Below are positions 38,560 through 47,406 of a DNA stretch of 56,069 nucleotides, piece by piece. A model generated the notes under the pieces. It had not been told where the DNA came from. It made no database searches and saw nothing but the letters and a program-made list of their open reading frames with translations. Source of the stretch: Candidatus Babelota bacterium (GTDB taxonomy: Bacteria > Babelota > Babeliae > Babelales > Vermiphilaceae); the NCBI GenBank assembly GCA_026389015.1, contig JAPLIR010000017.1, positions 1 through 56,069 on the forward strand. The letters are read 5' to 3'. The first letter of the stretch is position 1; the number at the start of each line of letters is the position of its first letter. Position numbers and translations under genes: made by a program.

Positions 38560-38775
38560 TCAAATCTCTTTGACGCCTTGCAACCAATCTTTAATTTTCA
38601 ATAAATTAAGAGAATGCAATTTCTTACCCAACATAAAACTTCGTAGTGACGTATATGGAATATTAATGTCTTTAGAAGTTTTTAGAATAGATTTACTTCT
38701 CAATTTGTACAACTCAAATAATTGTAATCGTATTGCATCTTGTTCATTCTTTAATTCATGTAAAGACGTTATCAT
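38560..38775 (-). CDS. Small HTH-like DNA-binding protein, paralog of 30432..30635
   Basis: 71 aa. MITSLHELKNEQDAIRLQLFELYK...TSKDINIPYTSLRSFMLGKKLHSLNLLKIKDWL. Upstream region also conserved with the other copy. Confidence 0.5.
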   Translation of the reverse strand: MITSLHELKNEQDAIRLQLFELYKLRSKSILKTSKDINIPYTSLRSFMLGKKLHSLNLLKIKDWLQGVKEI

Positions 38776-39271
38776 GGCTCTCCTTAGTTAAAACCTATTT
38801 GTGCATAACTTAACCTTTTTTTTTATTTTGTCTATTTTATACAGTATTAACTGAGTTATTGACTTTAGCGTATTTATCTAATATCGTAAGAAACAGTAAG
38901 TAGTTTCTCTAAAAAATTTTGCACATATAAAGGCAGTTTATGTACAAGTCTTCTCGCCAAATTCTTTCTCCAAATCTTCATTTATTTATAATAATTTCAG
39001 GCAACGCGCTCACAAGTTAATTGAACCAATAGACTCTGTCTCGCTCGTTTTTTGCGCGCATTCAAATAAAGAAAATATGTCTAATTTTTTGTTACTCATT
39101 CCAGCTACCAAAGACCATAGATTGGATTAACATCTCAAGCCAAATTTGAGAAATGAAAGGACAAGCATGTAAAATCCTCCGATAAACTTAAAATTATAAA
39201 CTAAAGGGGATAGCAATTAGCAAAAAATATTCAAAAAAAATCCTTATATTTAACCACAGAAAGAATCCATC

Positions 39272-39580
39272 ATGTTGCAACGTAAGCAGTTGTTTTTCAG
39301 CTTATTTTTCCTCACAGCATTCGTAGAAACAAGTTCATTTGCAATGGACAATAATCAAGACAATAATAAAGCTTCTTTGTTAAGAAAAGCAGCCAGTGTT
39401 GGTATTGGTTTCGGTGTAGCAAAAGTAGTACTGGCATATACGGCGCCATATATCGGATTGGCGCATGCTGTTACCGCAGCAGGTATTTCTGGCTATCATA
39501 CTTATAAATCTGTATCGACGCCTCTTAAAGATACCGCTACAAAAACTCCAGCTCCTTCAGAAGAAAAGAAGGATAAATAA
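39272..39580 (+). CDS. Paralog-family C small secreted/membrane protein
   Basis: 102 aa. Signal peptide, Gly/Ala hydrophobic segment, GYHTYK, K-rich tail. Paralog of 29475..29789. Confidence 0.45.
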   Translation: MLQRKQLFFSLFFLTAFVETSSFAMDNNQDNNKASLLRKAASVGIGFGVAKVVLAYTAPYIGLAHAVTAAGISGYHTYKSVSTPLKDTATKTPAPSEEKKDK

Positions 39581-40173
39581 TGATATTTAAAAAAGCATCA
39601 GTAATTCTCTCAATGTTACTCATTTCTTCACAATCATTTGGTATGAATCAATTAACACAACATAAGTTTTCTGAGCTAGATAATCTTGATTTATCAGAAG
39701 CTACCTTTTGTATTCCTCAAGAAAGAATGACCTCAACAAGTTGCAATAAACAACTTCTCTATAACAAAGAAGGCTTTCTTGTTGCTGACGGAGAGGAAGT
39801 AATACCGGTTAATTCTTATGATACCGATAAACTTTTACGCGGTCGCAAGATTAACGATATCATTAAATATGGCACAGTAGGAAAATTCAAACTAAGCCAA
39901 TATGATAATGGTGAATATAAAGTAGACGCGGTTGTCGAGCTAAAAGGCGGCGGCATTGGTGGCGCATGGGTTGGATCCACTATTGGTTATGGTCTAGTTA
40001 CGTTTCTAGGTCATGGAACGATTCAATTAATAGCTGTGTGTACAGGACCTGTTTTTTATACAGCTACTGCTGGAACACTCCACAAAATGATGGCAATACC
40101 AATTCATAAAGCTGCTACTGCTGCCGGAATAGCGGGTGGCATAGCTCTTGGCGTAGCAACAGGCCCTGCATAA
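39580..40173 (+). CDS. Paralog-family D secreted Gly/Ala-zipper protein
   Basis: 197 aa. Signal peptide ...SSQSFGM. KGGGIGGAWVGSTIGYGL then a hydrophobic Gly/Ala tail. Start overlaps the stop of the family-C gene (ATAATG). Confidence 0.5.
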   Translation: MIFKKASVILSMLLISSQSFGMNQLTQHKFSELDNLDLSEATFCIPQERMTSTSCNKQLLYNKEGFLVADGEEVIPVNSYDTDKLLRGRKINDIIKYGTVGKFKLSQYDNGEYKVDAVVELKGGGIGGAWVGSTIGYGLVTFLGHGTIQLIAVCTGPVFYTATAGTLHKMMAIPIHKAATAAGIAGGIALGVATGPA

Positions 40174-40336
40174 TATGAGAACATGGTTTTTTTATTTTTA
40201 TTGGTATGAACTAGTTATAGGTGTCTTGTTTACCTGGCTTATACTGTATTATATGAAATGGTATGTTCTAAACGGCGAAGATGAATTCGTCATTATTTCT
40301 CGATACTTAAGAAAACGTTTTTTTAAGGAAAAATAA

Positions 40337-40477
40337 ATGCCTATGTTTCTACATACTGTGCTTGGTTGGCTCATTTTAATCATTTTATGGCATATATGGA
40401 TAAAGCATCATTTTTATACTCAAAAAAACCTCGAAGATATTGAAGATGAGGTTAATGAATGGATTGATAAAATCTAG
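40337..40477 (+). CDS. Possible small membrane peptide (46 aa) between the family-D and family-A genes
   Basis: Unlisted short ORF MPMFLHTVLGWLILIILWHIWIKHHFYTQKNLEDIEDEVNEWIDKI with a good RBS (aaggaaaaataaATG). Occupies the position equivalent to 28496..28723 in the other copy but has no sequence similarity to it. Confidence 0.25.
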   Translation: MPMFLHTVLGWLILIILWHIWIKHHFYTQKNLEDIEDEVNEWIDKI

Positions 40478-40632
40478 TCCATTAAGTTACCGCTTTCTCT
40501 ATTGATCATTAGATTAAGCGTTGAAATAAATGGTGGTCCTTATGTCCTACCATTTATTTCAACGCTTAATATTGGAAGAAGAAATTTAAATCAGAAACAA
40601 TTATATATCGATAGTTATTCAGAAGGAATATC

Positions 40633-41181
40633 ATGAATTATAAAAGCATATTTTTTAGCATAGCGCTATTACCCTTTACTCTTTCTAGTTATGGAAACAA
40701 TGTCGCTCGAATACTAGAACTTAAAGAGATGAGGTTTCAAAAAAGGCTTGAGATTGCCGATATTAGTAAAAGAATAAGCGAAAGTGAAACTATTATTAAT
40801 TCATCAGGATCTCTCTATCAAGAATTATTTGAGTCAGTTCTTGAAAGAGAAAAAGAATTATTTAAACAAAAAAACGACATAAAAAAACTAGACGAAAAAG
40901 ACGTTGAATTAATTACTAAAGAAATTAACGCTTCTAACGATTCTTTTTTAAAATTATTCGAACAATCTATTGAACAAAATAAGAATATTAAACAGATTCT
41001 GATAAAAGGTTTTTTTGATGAAGAAAATCCTAATGAATTTGGTTCATTTCAATCCCTGCGATTTTTATTTGTAAAAGTTATTTTAGAAAGACAATTCATT
41101 GAAGAGCTTGTTGCAAGATATGAAGACAAGATCCAAGAGCTTATTAATATTAATCAAGAATTAGAAAAATTACAGCAATAG
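40633..41181 (+). CDS. Paralog-family A secreted coiled-coil protein
   Basis: 182 aa. MNYKSIFFSIALLPFTLSSYGNNVARILELKE. Conserved SFQSLRF and RYE motifs. Confidence 0.5.
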   Translation: MNYKSIFFSIALLPFTLSSYGNNVARILELKEMRFQKRLEIADISKRISESETIINSSGSLYQELFESVLEREKELFKQKNDIKKLDEKDVELITKEINASNDSFLKLFEQSIEQNKNIKQILIKGFFDEENPNEFGSFQSLRFLFVKVILERQFIEELVARYEDKIQELININQELEKLQQ

Positions 41182-41189
41182 GAAATATT

Positions 41190-41837
41190 ATGAATTACAA
41201 TAAAAACATTATGATACGCACGCTTTTGATAAGCATGACACTAACAACAAATTTCCTACAAGCTTCTTTGTATGATACAATTAGGAATTGGTTTTCAGCC
41301 CCTAAACCTATGCTTGTAGCCAGTGTAGAAAAAGCGAATGAAGTATTGACAACTCACTTACCTGCTACTAATGAATTATCATCAAATTTTGGATCGAGAT
41401 TTGGCTATGAAACCGTTGCACTTATTGGTTCTGGTTTAGCAGCTACAGGGGCAAAAGTAAAAGCAGCATGCATAACTGTGGGTGGCACTGCAAAGGCAGG
41501 GGCATTGTATGTTGCTGCTGCACCTGCAACTCCTTATATTGTCGGCGGCGTAGTGGGTACTTTGGGTACTTATGGAACATATAAAGCTTATAAATACATT
41601 AGCCAAAAGCCAACTTCAGAACAGGAGATTGCAGCAGAAAAAATGTATAAAGAAAAAGAAGCCCTTGTTGCAGAGAGAGAATTTGGTCATTGTCTTTCAA
41701 ATAATTATACATCCGCAAGGAATTCTCTCGGTGTTCCACTTGTCTGTCAATCGGCGGTATGCAGATTTGCTGTAGCTGCTGGCAGTCAAAAAGTTGAAGA
41801 AAAACTAAGCGCCTTTAATAAATACGCTCCTCAATAA
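41190..41837 (+). CDS. Paralog-family B Gly/Ala-zipper protein with conserved Cys-containing C-terminal domain ending KYAPQ
   Basis: 215 aa. Starts 8 nt after the family-A stop. C-terminus EFGHCLSNNYTSARNSLGVPLVCQSAVCRFAVAAGSQKVEEKLSAFNKYAPQ. Confidence 0.5.
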   Translation: MNYNKNIMIRTLLISMTLTTNFLQASLYDTIRNWFSAPKPMLVASVEKANEVLTTHLPATNELSSNFGSRFGYETVALIGSGLAATGAKVKAACITVGGTAKAGALYVAAAPATPYIVGGVVGTLGTYGTYKAYKYISQKPTSEQEIAAEKMYKEKEALVAEREFGHCLSNNYTSARNSLGVPLVCQSAVCRFAVAAGSQKVEEKLSAFNKYAPQ

Positions 41838-41942
41838 GCAGTTCCGAGAAGAAATCAGCGATATCGATACTCGATTAAGCCAGGAGGTCTCTAGCCTGGC
41901 TTATGATTTATTTAAAAGTTCGGAACATTACTTTTTTGATGT

Positions 41943-42395
41943 CTAAGAACGTCTTTTTATTGTCTGAATCATCTCTTCCAATGACTGTAAAAAACAAGAG
42001 CGATCCTGCTTTGAAAAAGTAGCGTTATAACTTGAAGCTACGCTTGTTTCACGTAAATGAGCACGTAAATCACGCATTGCTTTTGCAACACCTATAGTAT
42101 CATTATTAAAAATTCTACCCGTTGGGCTCAGAACGTTTACACACTTTTTCAAGCACCGCTCTGCCAGTAATATATCGAAGGTAACCACAATATCACCAGT
42201 CTCTATATGTTCTTCAATCCAATTATCTGCAGCATCTAGATCAGACTCAACCCGTATTTTGTGCACGTTTTTATCAACTATCATATTAAGGCGACTATTA
42301 CTTACTAAATAAACCTGCAGGTTATGCCGCATAGCCACCCGAAAAATTTCTTCCTTTACAGGACAAGCATCAGCGTCTACGTAGATATTTAACAT
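41943..42395 (-). CDS. YaiI/YqxD family protein (UPF0178, DUF188)
   Basis: 150 aa. N-terminus MLNIYVDADACPVKEEI is the hallmark of UPF0178. Confidence 0.65.
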   Translation of the reverse strand: MLNIYVDADACPVKEEIFRVAMRHNLQVYLVSNSRLNMIVDKNVHKIRVESDLDAADNWIEEHIETGDIVVTFDILLAERCLKKCVNVLSPTGRIFNNDTIGVAKAMRDLRAHLRETSVASSYNATFSKQDRSCFLQSLEEMIQTIKRRS

Positions 42396-42605
42396 TCACA
42401 ACCTTTCAGTATGAATAGACAACCTTATAATTTTTATAGCCAGTTTCAGTCCGTATGTTACCAATTTTTAATGAGTAGATACACGTAATACATGTTAAAG
42501 ACTACCCTACTACGCATCTGCTTACGCAGCTAGCTACGAAGGGCATACTTTGCTTTGTTCTATCAATATTTATTTTAATGTTTAGTTTATTAAAAATGAG
42601 CAACA

Positions 42606-42637
42606 AAAAAGCATCGTTAAATAAACGATGCTTTTTT
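42606..42637. terminator. Rho-independent terminator (usable in either direction) downstream of the GIY-YIG gene
   Basis: aaaaaagcatcgtt-aaataa-acgatgcttttttag. Confidence 0.6.
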
Positions 42638-42676
42638 AGTATCTTAAAGGACTTGATAGGGAATGCTAGCTCACGT

Positions 42677-42922
42677 CTACCATAATCTTTTCTTAGCAAA
42701 TGCCCTACCTGATTGAGACTTCAAATAGTGTTCAAATTGTTTTGCTCTATCCATATCTTTAAACATCATACAAATGACTAACTCCCAAGGCCTATCTTTC
42801 CTTGTATGAATAGACCCACCTGAGTTGTGTGTTTCCAACCGTTCCTCAATATTAGTTGTATAACCAACATAAAAAGTTTCTGGAATATTAATAGAACGTA
42901 TCATGTAAACATAGAAAAACAT
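42677..42922 (-). CDS. Small GIY-YIG nuclease-family protein (UPF0213/YhbQ-like)
   Basis: ORF opens at 42964. Probable start MFFYVYMIRS. GIY-YIG core FYVYMIRS...FYVGYTTNIEERLETHN. Confidence 0.6.
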   Translation of the reverse strand: MFFYVYMIRSINIPETFYVGYTTNIEERLETHNSGGSIHTRKDRPWELVICMMFKDMDRAKQFEHYLKSQSGRAFAKKRLW

Positions 42923-43064
42923 AAGTGGAATTTTCTTAAAAAAAACTGGAATGAAGAATATCAACTTCTTATTGGGGCCGGTCCGTCTTCGTTCCTCGTA
43001 AACTCGGAACTACTTCGGACAGTCTCCGCAACTAACATTTAAAGTAATTTTTTCTTCCATAAGT

Positions 43065-43108
43065 AATGGCGGAAGCCAGACGAAGCTCTGCGAAGCAGAA
43101 GCGAAGAC
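43065..43108. repeat. Conserved 3'-trailer box downstream of tRNA-Glu (homologous to 43227..43282 and partly to 47201..47238)
   Basis: aatggcggaagccagacgaagct-ctgcgaagcagaag...gaagac aligns with gatggcgtcagccagacgtagcttgccgagtcagaag-acccggataagc-gaagatc. Confidence 0.5.
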
Positions 43109-43186
43109 TGGCGTCCCTGAGGGGATTCGAACCCCTGTTTTCGCCGTGAAAGGGCGACGTCCTAGACCGGGCTAGACGACAGGGAC
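43109..43186 (-). tRNA. tRNA-Glu (anticodon UUC)
   Basis: RC folds as a cloverleaf: acceptor gtccctg/cagggac, T-arm agggg-ttcgaat-cccct, anticodon stem tcgcc/ggcga with loop ctTTCac, 3' CCA encoded. Confidence 0.8.
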
Positions 43187-43226
43187 ATGAATTTCAAAAT
43201 GATTAAACTGCCAACTCATTAGAAAA

Positions 43227-43282
43227 GATGGCGTCAGCCAGACGTAGCTTGCCGAGTCAGAAGACCCGGATAAGCGAAGATC
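43227..43282. repeat. Conserved 3'-trailer box downstream of tRNA-Lys containing motifs CGTAGCTTGCCGAG and CCCGGATAAGCGAAG
   Basis: Direct comparison with 47201..47238 (cgtagcttgccgag-ctgaatg-cccggataagcgaag). Confidence 0.5.
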
Positions 43283-43358
43283 TGGTGAGCCGCGTTGGAT
43301 TCGAACCAACGACCCACAGCTTAAAAGGCTGTTGCTCTACCGACTGAGCTAGCGGCTC
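43283..43358 (-). tRNA. tRNA-Lys (anticodon UUU)
   Basis: RC gagccgctagctcagtcggtagagcaacagcctTTTaagctgtgggtcgttggttcgaatccaacgcggctcacca: canonical cloverleaf, CCA encoded. Confidence 0.85.
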
Positions 43359-43488
43359 GGTATATCAATAAATGATTTCTTCAAAATAAATAAGAATATA
43401 ATAAAGAAATTACCCTATAAAAACTATATCTCTAGCGGGTTTTTGTCAAGAAATTACTATAAATTCTCAATAAAAACCTTTTAATGAG

Positions 43489-44853
43489 CTAAAAAGCTTT
43501 TAAAATGAGTGTCGTAATGTAGCAATAAATCATAACGCCCACAATATCCATGATCGTTGCCAAAAAAGGTCCGGCAAAAAAAACAGGGTCAACATGAAAG
43601 CGACGCAAGGCAAAGGGAATACAGCTACCAAGGGTTACTGACATCACCACGATAACACCAAGAGACAATCCAACGGCAAGACTCTGTAAAACATTGTGCG
43701 AAGAATAATAAATACGTATAAAGGCAACGATGCTTAATACTAACGCCAACATGCAGGCCATCAGAAACTCACGACGCAAAAACTTGTACATGTTTGACCC
43801 TCTAATGTCACCCGAGGCCATACCTTGAATAGCCATTGCAGAGGTCTGGCTACTGGTGTAACCACCCGCACTCGTAAGCATCGGTATAAAGGATATTAAA
43901 AAACACCCTAAAATATCTTCGTATGAACGTATAATGGTGCCCGAAAGAGATTCAAACAAAAGTAACGGAATCAGAATATAGCTCCGTTGAAATAACATCT
44001 TAAAAAATGAGGTTTCAAAGTATGGATATTTCAATGGGGTCAATGCCGCCATTTTTTGCACGTCTTCGCTCGCTTCCTCTACCAAGACATCTACCAAGGT
44101 CTCACTTGAAATGACGCCCAAAAAGTGATTTCCTTTGCCCACAACAGGGATGGTCATCAAGCTGTAGTGTACCATGTATTTTGCTACCGTTTCTCGATCT
44201 TCTTCCGCTTGCGCAACATATTCGTTTTCTTGCATAAAAGATGAAATTAAGCTCTGTGATTGATGAAGCACCAAATCTTCTAATTTAATGTGGCCAACCA
44301 AGCGATGTCCCGTATCAGTAACATAAATTTGCTGGTGAATATCGCGACTTGGACTTAATCGCTGCAAAATTTTAATGCTCTTTTCGACCGTAAAATCTTT
44401 AACAAGCGTAATGACTTCAATATCCATGATGCCACCAGCAGTCTCTGGATGGAATTTAAGCAATGATAGTACTTTTTCCCGTGCTTTTTTGTGGAGCAAT
44501 TTATGATAATGCCTGAAATCCTGATCGCTTAGTAATTCTAGCAAGTCAGTTACTCTATCAACCGGCATGTCGTTCAATAAATCAATTTTATCTTGCTCAG
44601 ACAAAAACGATAAACTTTCTGCCTGAAATCCATCGGAAAAATTTTCAAAAACTTCCAACTTCAAATCCTTGGGCAAAGCCAAAAATAATGCCTGGAAATC
44701 ATCATGACTAATATCAGCGAAGAAATCTGCAATATCTGCAGGGTGAATTTTTAAAAGTTCTTGCCAAAGATGAACTCCCCAATCGGAATCCTGTTCTATC
44801 ACGGCCTTAATATTATCTTGAATCTCTTTTAAAATTTGTCGTACATTCATCAT
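43489..44853 (-). CDS. mgtE: Magnesium transporter MgtE
   Basis: 454 aa. N-terminal MgtE-N domain, tandem CBS region, C-terminal five-TM MgtE channel domain. Confidence 0.85.
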   Translation of the reverse strand: MMNVRQILKEIQDNIKAVIEQDSDWGVHLWQELLKIHPADIADFFADISHDDFQALFLALPKDLKLEVFENFSDGFQAESLSFLSEQDKIDLLNDMPVDRVTDLLELLSDQDFRHYHKLLHKKAREKVLSLLKFHPETAGGIMDIEVITLVKDFTVEKSIKILQRLSPSRDIHQQIYVTDTGHRLVGHIKLEDLVLHQSQSLISSFMQENEYVAQAEEDRETVAKYMVHYSLMTIPVVGKGNHFLGVISSETLVDVLVEEASEDVQKMAALTPLKYPYFETSFFKMLFQRSYILIPLLLFESLSGTIIRSYEDILGCFLISFIPMLTSAGGYTSSQTSAMAIQGMASGDIRGSNMYKFLRREFLMACMLALVLSIVAFIRIYYSSHNVLQSLAVGLSLGVIVVMSVTLGSCIPFALRRFHVDPVFFAGPFLATIMDIVGVMIYCYITTLILKAF

Positions 44854-44979
44854 GGTTCCCTAAGGTTAGGGGGGTAGGCAAAATCATCGAGCCACCCTCG
44901 CACAGATATTAGTCTTATTTTCTCATAAAAACTGAGGTTGCCCTCGACAGATAATGCTATTTTATCTTCAGGGTAAACG

Positions 44980-44988
44980 ATTATACCA
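44980..44988 (-). promoter_or_regulatory. Candidate extended -10 promoter element (TGgTATAAT) for mgtE
   Basis: RC of ttataccacc gives ggTGgTATAAt, about 125 nt upstream of the mgtE ATG. No convincing -35. Confidence 0.3.
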
Positions 44989-45097
44989 CCGTTGTCCATT
45001 TGACTTTAATTTCAAATGTTTTTACCCTTATAATAAGCGTTTTTAGGTCTATAGAAGCCATTTTTATACGCTCAAAAACCCCTATAAGGATCCCCTC

Positions 45098-46063
45098 ATG
45101 GAAAAACATCAGGCAATAGCCCCCAACAGTATCTTTTCGTTCACGGTCACAGACCAAGAACAGGCCATGCGTCTTGACAAGTATCTCGCGCAACAATTGC
45201 CTGGGTATTCACGGAGCTTTTTTCAAAACCTGATTGACGATAATCTTGTGTCCATTAATGGCAAGCCCATCAAAAAAACTGGCGTACTGCTCAAAACCAA
45301 TGACCTGGTAGTCGTGCAGTTCCCTCCCGTAAAAACCATAGAACAAATCGAAAAACCCGACACACCACTTACTGTCACTGTTATCTTTGAACATGAACAG
45401 TTTCTTATCATTGATAAGCCCGCAGGCCTGATGGTCCACGAGCCCCATACTGCAAGCACGGTGTTCACCTTAGTAGATTGGCTCCTTGCGCATCATAAAG
45501 AAATTTCGGCCATTGGCGACGCAGGAAGACCCGGCATTGTGCACCGTCTTGATAAGGACACTTCTGGTATTATTATTATTCCACGCACAAGCTATGCCCA
45601 TGCAACTCTTGGTGCTATGTTTGCACAACGAACAATTCATAAGACGTATCTTGCGCTCGTACAAGGTCACCCAGAAAAAACGGGGACGGTAGATCTGCCC
45701 ATTGGTCGGTGCACGAGAACAAAAACAAAAATGGCAACCTTTGACCCTTCAATCTACAGCAGTGCAAAAAGACGCAATGCTTTGACCAATTATACCGTAC
45801 TTGAATATTTTGAGGACAGCTCGCTTGTAGAAGTCAAACCAGTCACCGGCCGCACGCATCAAATCCGCGTGCATCTTGCTGCTATTGGCCATCCCATTAT
45901 TGGCGATACCGTCTACGGAAAACCGTCACTTGCTATCAATCGACAATCATTGCACGCTCATGCAATTTCATTTGTTCTAGATGGGCAATCGTACCAATTC
46001 ACTGCACCAATCCCCAATGACCTAGCAACAGTGCTGGCATTGTTACGTAAAAAAACATCGTAA
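45098..46063 (+). CDS. rluD: RluA-family 23S rRNA pseudouridine synthase (RluD-like) with N-terminal S4 domain
   Basis: 321 aa. S4-like N-terminus. Catalytic motif HRLDKDTSGIIII with conserved Asp. C-terminal GRTHQIRVHL. Confidence 0.8.
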   Translation: MEKHQAIAPNSIFSFTVTDQEQAMRLDKYLAQQLPGYSRSFFQNLIDDNLVSINGKPIKKTGVLLKTNDLVVVQFPPVKTIEQIEKPDTPLTVTVIFEHEQFLIIDKPAGLMVHEPHTASTVFTLVDWLLAHHKEISAIGDAGRPGIVHRLDKDTSGIIIIPRTSYAHATLGAMFAQRTIHKTYLALVQGHPEKTGTVDLPIGRCTRTKTKMATFDPSIYSSAKRRNALTNYTVLEYFEDSSLVEVKPVTGRTHQIRVHLAAIGHPIIGDTVYGKPSLAINRQSLHAHAISFVLDGQSYQFTAPIPNDLATVLALLRKKTS

Positions 46064-46206
46064 CAAAAATTACTTGCCTTTTAAAGAAAAGCAGAATAGC
46101 ATAGTGGCGAGCCAAGAAGGAATTGTAGTAATGAAGCTTTGAAACTTTTTCGCGTTATGCGTGATATTTTATATCCCGTAAAACTGTTCTTGGACACACA
46201 AATCTA

Positions 46207-47082
46207 TCAAGCGCGCGCTTCTTCCATATCCTCAAATACTGTTCCACGTTTGCTCAAACTAATCACCGAACTTACTGCCAATTCAGGCTGCTGTTGTTTT
46301 GCTTTACGTACTTTTTTGGGCTGATGAGATCGCTCTTTAAGCACCTCAAATTGACGTGCATATTTCTGTATCACCTGCGCATCATCAAGCACAATAACAT
46401 TCTCCTGATTTTGGCTATGCGCTGATTTGGTAATGTTAAATGACCCTGTCCACACAATTGATTTGTTTAATAAGTTTCTACCAAATATAAGAAATTTATT
46501 ATGCATAATACTGGCGCTAAAACTTTTTTTGTTATTTTTTTTGTAATCAGGATCATACACAAAAACATTAAACCCTTGTTCTTGTAATAGGGGGATTTTT
46601 CCAAATCGACCTGTTACGCATCCCGCATCAGCAATGATATCTATGGCAATGCCGCGATTTTTTGCAGCTATTAATGCTTCTGCCACATCGCCATCGGTAA
46701 AAGTAAAAGTGGCAATCCTAATTGATTCTTGTTCCTGTTCAATCAAATGCAGTAATGCTTTTTGCACACTATCGTCAGGAGAAAAAAACACCTGCTTTAT
46801 GCAACCATCACAAATAAAATTAAAGGGCGTATCGGATGCTACTGGTTCTGGTTTCTTTCGCGTTTCCTTGGTTGATGCATCGGGAGAATACCCGACAATG
46901 AAATGCGTTTTTCCAAAATTGAGTGGCACATCTAATTCAAAAGAGAAGAGTAATGGTTCTGATTTTTTTGGAGATTTAGCGTTTGAAGATTTGGCATTGC
47001 GAGTTTGCGAGGTTGCTGACGCTGTGAGCATAAGCAAGCTCAAGACATGATATAACATTAAAAATTTATTTTTTTTGCTCAT
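46207..47082 (-). CDS. Secreted phospholipase-D-like (single HKD-motif, Nuc-like) protein
   Basis: 291 aa. Signal peptide. C-terminal MHNKFLIFG...GSFNITKSA approximates the HxK(x)4D...GSxN PLD/Nuc signature (Asp position occupied by Gly). Confidence 0.5.
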   Translation of the reverse strand: MSKKNKFLMLYHVLSLLMLTASATSQTRNAKSSNAKSPKKSEPLLFSFELDVPLNFGKTHFIVGYSPDASTKETRKKPEPVASDTPFNFICDGCIKQVFFSPDDSVQKALLHLIEQEQESIRIATFTFTDGDVAEALIAAKNRGIAIDIIADAGCVTGRFGKIPLLQEQGFNVFVYDPDYKKNNKKSFSASIMHNKFLIFGRNLLNKSIVWTGSFNITKSAHSQNQENVIVLDDAQVIQKYARQFEVLKERSHQPKKVRKAKQQQPELAVSSVISLSKRGTVFEDMEEARA

Positions 47083-47406
47083 TATGCTTCCTCCAGCAAC
47101 TGGTACTCTTCTTCTCTATAATACGATCATACTATGATTTTATCGTGGTCTATTCAAGAAAGCTACTATTCCCCGCGCCGTCCTCCCTGACCGCGTCCGT
47201 CGTAGCTTGCCGAGCTGAATGCCCGGATAAGCGAAGTCGGAAGGTAGTCCGAATTCATGAGGACAAACTTGAAGGGTCTTTATTTTTACCAAGCTTCCTA
47301 TCTATCGCGCCTCAAAACACCCTTCAAGTTCGCTCGTTTTACTCGCTACCTTCAGGCAGGACGGCAGGGTATGTGTATTTTTTTTCAAAATTATTTGCAT
47401 CATTTT

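Larger units (their letters stand above)
38560..41837. repeat. Copy 2 of the inverted segmental duplication (HTH gene on the minus strand, C-D-small-A-B cassette on the plus strand)
   Basis: See copy 1. Confidence 0.6.

Noticed and set aside
42677-42964. GIY-YIG gene as a mobile homing endonuclease
   Set aside because: It is a small stand-alone UPF0213/YhbQ-type GIY-YIG protein without a DNA-binding extension or host-gene interruption. A 9-nt inverted match (agttccgag / ctcggaact at 41848 and 43000) flanks the yaiI/GIY-YIG segment, but it is too short to support mobility.
44854-45097. Looked for an M-box (ykoK) riboswitch in the mgtE leader
   Set aside because: The leader is only about 120 nt and lacks recognisable M-box conserved segments. 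Only a short SD-sequestering hairpin was seen.
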